NCBI GenBank assembly: GCA_008632985.1
Contig: QPGO01000037.1
Span: 496,001 to 560,000, forward strand
Reading direction: 5' to 3'
Origin: Psammoneis japonica
Taxonomy: Eukaryota
DNA: 64,000 nt
The notes below the pieces were generated by a model. It was not told where the DNA came from. It made no database searches and saw only the letters and a list, made by a program, of their open reading frames with translations. Below, in pieces: positions 59,715 to 64,000 of this stretch; the stretch's first letter is position 1; every line of letters begins with the position of its first letter. Both the position numbers and the translations under genes were made by a program.

Positions 59715-60626
59715 TTACAAAGGAAAGTGAAAACCACTGCATTGCAACCTCTGATGCAGCTTCTGCCACCATGGCCATGTTTGGCAGCCATGCCACCTGA
59801 GACCAGATGTGCTGCCACACAAAATGCATTGATGGGTGATGGCAAGCTCAAGGAGTTTTCTTTGAGATGCCAGCCTCTCTGTCAGTCTGGTTGCCAAGCT
59901 TTTGGTGCAGCGTGCCTTTGTGTGAGGCACAATCATGACAAGGAACTCATGCAAAGCCTTGCACCATTTGTGTTTGGCTTGGCTGTGCCCTGTCAAACAC
60001 AGCAAATGATGCATTGAAGAGCACTGGGCCAGCAGATTTTTCATGGCAGCAATGACAACCCCCAAGAACCCTTGCCAACACTGTGGTGGCTGTGGAGTCA
60101 CCTGGTGATGTGCAAGCAAAGAGGCTCTTGCCTCCATGCTGTGAGCTGCACAGCTCTCATTGGGCAGGAAAAGAGCAGCACCAATGCTGGCTGTCCCAGG
60201 TGCATGGCAGCAAGTTGTCACCCAGTTGCTTGTGGAACCTTGGCAGCAGGTTGACCATGTCCATGCCAGCAATGTCTGGAAAATGTTTTTACTCTTCTTG
60301 CTCAGGTTTTGTGTGTGCTCAATGGTGCACTTCTTTGTGCTGGGCAACTGGCTCTTGTTTGCCATTGAATCAAAACATTCATGTCTTGAGTCATCAGCCA
60401 AAGTGGAAGAAATGCACCCAACAAACTTCTCTCTCATTTGCCTGCCCAAATGCCCAACAAGAACAATGGTGAGCCAGCTCTTGCTTGTCAATGGCAATGA
60501 CACCCAAGTGCCAGCAAGCTGCCAGCCAAAGCAGGAGAAATTAAAGCCAAAGAATTTCACACTCATTTGCCCAGTTGCAAAACAACAATGGCTCACAACT
60601 CCTGGCTGCAAACTCATTCTTGGCAA
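59715..60626 (-). pseudogene. Degenerate ORF of unknown function
   Basis: 303-aa Tyr-free frame with a protein-like C-terminal half (KHKWCKALHEFLVMIVPHTKARCTKSLATRL). Confidence 0.3.
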
Positions 60627-61380
60627 TTTTGTGCTTGTCGTTGTGCTTCACCAACCTGCTCTGTTTTGGCAATGCAAGAAATGCAGGTTGTCTTGAAAGT
60701 GATTGTCACCAATGTGGGACATGATCTGTCCAGACAACAACGAAAACAACTGAGCGCAGTGACGACTCTTCGCTTCTGGCCAAGTGTTTTTGAAATGTGG
60801 TGGTCTCGGATGGCTCCTACATTGCTACGTACATCATACCAGGACTACTTCAACATGTCACGACGTCGTGTTGATGGCGCGAAGAAGAGAAAAGGGACCA
60901 CTAAATACAGTCGCTGTCGCTTTCTCAGTAAGGTTTAAAGGAGCTTTTGTGGGCTTGAACATTAACGGATCTGTCGTAGGGCCGCGTACTGCCGTCAAAC
61001 AACTCGTTTTACAGAAAAGAAACTACCCCCAAAGAGATTCTCTTGTTGAGAAAGCCGTTCTCTGAAGGCAAGGTTACGATGATTGATGAGGTATGTCAGA
61101 AACTTGACAAGCTCAGCGAGGGCAAGACTGCGGAGCCTGATCCTTCAGAAAAAGTAAGAAGTGTCTTGCCAAGTCCGAAGCCGACAAGGTCGTAGAATCA
61201 GTCAACAAGGAATCCGACGTTGTTCAAGTTGGTCTACTGACTGGAGAGTTTCCCTACATGTTCACGATACGTGAGAAATGCGAGAGATGGTCGTTCTATA
61301 TAATTGAAGTTAGATGTTAAATGAGCATGCTTCCGGCATGAACTACGTCCACAGCCTGGAGCTCTGTTTGAGAATATGAC

Positions 61381-62070
61381 TCAATCCTTGGAGATTTTAG
61401 CCTTTTGTGGTTGAAATGAACAAAAGGTCAAGTAGTTGCCAAGGAAGCAGAAGACAAAACCAATTGCCAGGTATATTGCCACACGAGCTCCAATGGCATA
61501 TAGAAAGGGCCATGACCCCGAATTGATTTCAGTCCGCCCATAATGGAATAGCCCTGAAAAGGGATTACCGAGTAAAGAGCATGCTTCCAACGATGTCATT
61601 AGAAAGAAGAGATAGCTAACCAAATGGCAGCTGTGCCCTAACCTGGCTAGGTCGTCCTTCAAAAGCGAATGACACTGGACCCAATACCACAATGCAAAAT
61701 AGGAAAATACCAAAATGAAGCCACCAGCAACGGCAAACAGAGTAGGATGATATTCCATGGTACCGAATGGTCCGAGCATCGACAAAACACCGATTGTCAC
61801 TGCGATACGAGGCAAGATATGTACTTCGTTTGCCCGGACCAAGGCACCTAGGAAGATCAGTAACAAGGAGAGTGGTGCACCCAAAGCAATGGCCATAAAG
61901 ATGGGCCCAAAAGCAGCCCATGGAGTATTCTCAAACTCTTCCGCCGGTTTACTTAGCCACACAGGCGACGTGAACCACGGGGTAACCCAAGAAACTACCG
62001 ACAGAGATGTCATGCCCGCAATGAAGCAAATGTTTGGAACGCTTAAATATGTTCTAGTCTTCATGTTCAT
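61381..62070 (-). CDS. Multi-pass membrane protein resembling a prokaryotic hypothetical family
   Basis: Intronless, about 229 aa from MNMKT, about six hydrophobic segments. Motifs WA.FGPIFM.IAL, Y.P.LF...GG.I, C.LLGNPFSGL. Normal TA content. Confidence 0.75.
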   Translation of the reverse strand: MNMKTRTYLSVPNICFIAGMTSLSVVSWVTPWFTSPVWLSKPAEEFENTPWAAFGPIFMAIALGAPLSLLLIFLGALVRANEVHILPRIAVTIGVLSMLGPFGTMEYHPTLFAVAGGFILVFSYFALWYWVQCHSLLKDDLARLGHSCHLVSYLFFLMTSLEACSLLGNPFSGLFHYGRTEINSGSWPFLYAIGARVAIYLAIGFVFCFLGNYLTFCSFQPQKAKISKD

Positions 62071-62109
62071 CACTCGATCATAGTGCTGAGGAGAACAGGA
62101 TGTACCCGG

Positions 62110-64000
62110 TGTGATGCAACTTCGTAATGGGATTAGATGCCCCAGAGACACAGAGATCCGAACCCTGTGATCACAATCACAAGAGGAGAGAAGGCTGATG
62201 GAAGTCACGATTGATTCACCTTTTTCATGGATCACGACTGAACACGTCATTTTTTACCTCACCCCCGCCCATCGCTGCTGCTGTAGCTCACAAGACCGAA
62301 CTCTGTTTGAACTCACTTTTCCGATCGAATCGCAATCTCCATGACGATCATGATCTTTCAGACTCTGTTGCTGACAACAAAGTCTTGCTCTCAGCACTGT
62401 TGCTGTCATCCAAACATGTGGACTCCAGCAGCCCAAGCACGATGCTGCAGGAGGAGGGGCGCCGCTGCTTCTTGTGCCCGTGCCCAGCCATGCTTTGGCA
62501 CAAATCTCTCTGCCTGGGCTGTCACTGAGAACAGCTTTTTTGAAGCAAACCTGGGAAGCAAGTTGGCTCTGGTGCCACTCATCTCTTCTTCACATTGCCA
62601 ACAAGACATCCTCATGCCATGTCGGAAGAGGAGCAGAAGAAGAGGAGGAGAAAAGCCAGCTGGTGCCCAGGCCCCAGAAATCATCGCTGGCACAGCTCGT
62701 GAACCCTTTTGAGCTGCTGCTGGAAGTGCAGGCCCACCAACTCCCACTCCACCCATTGGAGATGGGGCACATCACACCCACAGCATTTGCGTTGGCAGCT
62801 CTCTTTGGACAAAATGCGTGCACACAACTCCGCCAGAGACCCAGGGGCACTCACACTTGAAGCACTGCTCAAGGCAAGTTAAAAGCCCAAGCTTCCAGCA
62901 TGGTGTGTTGCCTTTGCTGACAATGCTGTTGAGTGGAATGACGGGGCAAGACTCATGAGTGGCGTGCAAAGTGCAAGGGAAAAGTCTCCAAGAAGCAGCA
63001 CATCTCCTGCTCTGCCAGTGCCGCTGCACTGCTGGGCATCAAGACAATTTCAATCACCCAAAAGGGCACCAAAAAGAAGCATCTGGCAACCTTTGCCAGG
63101 TCTTGAGGACTCCAGCCACAATGTCCCCATGGGCCCTCCCAAGCAGACTGTTTCATCCTCCTGCAAGCAGCCTGAACCATCCAGAGCGCCTGTTGCTGCT
63201 GCGTTGGTCACTCTGACCCCCCTTCTGTCAGCCACAGGGAAGACATCTAGGATGTGCACCACATTGATGCTTCAAGCTCAATGACCACCAACCCTGCCTC
63301 AACTTGGGTTGTGGTCAAAACAGTTCACCCCAAAGACACCAATGATTTCTTCAAGTGCTCTGACACTTTCTGCACTCAAAAATGAACCTCTGGACACTGT
63401 GCAGTCAGACAAGGTGTTGGATGATCATGTTGTGGCAACCAGAAATTCAAATTTTGAAGGTGCACGCTGTGACTCACCTCCAAGCATTGCCTGTTGTGTC
63501 TTTAATTTCTGTGATCCTAAAGTCCCTGGCTTTGTCAATCAATGCAGCCAAATGTTGGAAATGAGATTTGCATGTGAGGCCCACCCTGTCAACCATCAAA
63601 CTTTTCCAATCTGCACATTTTCTGGCTCTCAGCCATGCTTCAGGAGACAGTGCTGTGCTCCTGTTTTTTGCCACCTCCATGCACCCCTTGGTGTCTGGTG
63701 TGCACCACACTGCCAATGTGAAATCCCGCCCTTCTTGCACTGCTTCCAGGCATTGTGGTTGGTGCTCTCTGCAGCCATCATGGTCTGGCCATCTGTCTGT
63801 GTTGGAAACCTGGCTCCAGCAGAGCATCCATTTGCCAGTGTGTCTGCCCACACCTGCAAGCAGTCATGAAAAAGCCAGACAACTGAGCCATGTCAGATTT
63901 GGGCAGTCTTTGTGAGTGCAACAAGGTTGAAAGTCAGCAGGTCTTGCCAAATTTGTCACACATCATCCCAGGCATTCATTGAGCAAGTGACTCAAGAGGG
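62110..64000. other. TpA- and CpG-depleted relic domain D6 (degenerate coding sequence, runs off the window)
   Basis: TA fades out over 62100-62290 and then occurs only a few times (ttaa, ctag, ctaa). Frames are Tyr-free. Confidence 0.8.

Larger units (their letters stand above)
57220..60815. other. TpA- and CpG-depleted relic domain D5
   Basis: TA is very rare and mostly survives as TTAA/CTAA/TTAG. Normal composition returns at about 60818. Confidence 0.85.

Noticed and set aside
59727..60017. CRE-type RT motif in QSLAPFVFGLAVP (+ strand)
   Set aside because: No downstream D..NAFN, QG.P or YxDD motifs; the opposite strand looks more protein-like.
1..64000. Hundreds of overlapping 60-300 aa ORFs in all six frames (Cys/His/Trp-rich, Tyr-free)
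   Set aside because: Artefact of TA loss: TAA and TAG stops are erased, so random frames stay open. These are not genes or a cysteine-rich protein family.
1..64000. Classical RIP or CpG methylation decay as the sole explanation
   Set aside because: RIP creates TpA, and CpG decay does not remove it. CpG decay explains some CA/TG swaps and TGA stops but not Tyr->Cys/His or the TA deficit.
62250..64000. Endogenous viral gene
   Set aside because: Protein-like fragments are present but no viral hallmark motif could be recognised.

Overview
Eukaryotic nuclear DNA, most likely from a diatom. This is inferred from a short GT-AG intron, a conserved diatom-type coiled-coil protein, and Plavaka, CRE, Gypsy and Penelope elements of diatom type. 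The window alternates between two kinds of sequence. The first is normal-composition islands with intact or near-intact host genes: a coiled-coil/EF-hand-like protein, an FG-GAP beta-propeller membrane protein, PP2C, a STE20-like (pseudo)kinase, an 8-repeat Myb/SANT protein and two bacterial-type membrane proteins. The second is six sharply bounded blocks (about 40 kb in total) of transposon relics in which the dinucleotide TpA has almost vanished and been replaced by TpG/CpA. In these blocks conserved Tyr codons of TE proteins read Cys/His: the CRE RT YIDD motif reads CIDD, Penelope YYRRFIDD reads CCRWFIND and Plavaka LGYIP reads LGCIP. Paired repeat copies differ mostly by TG<->CA swaps, and loss of TAA/TAG creates hundreds of spurious Tyr-free ORFs. 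This looks like a repeat-targeted A:T->G:C hypermutation system, the mirror image of fungal RIP, acting alongside ordinary CpG decay. A base-modification or basecalling artefact must be excluded with short reads. A four-level nested transposon stack at 37431-48993 gives an internal chronology, and its youngest insert is unmutated. All counts were made by eye and all family assignments come from recalled motifs, not database searches.
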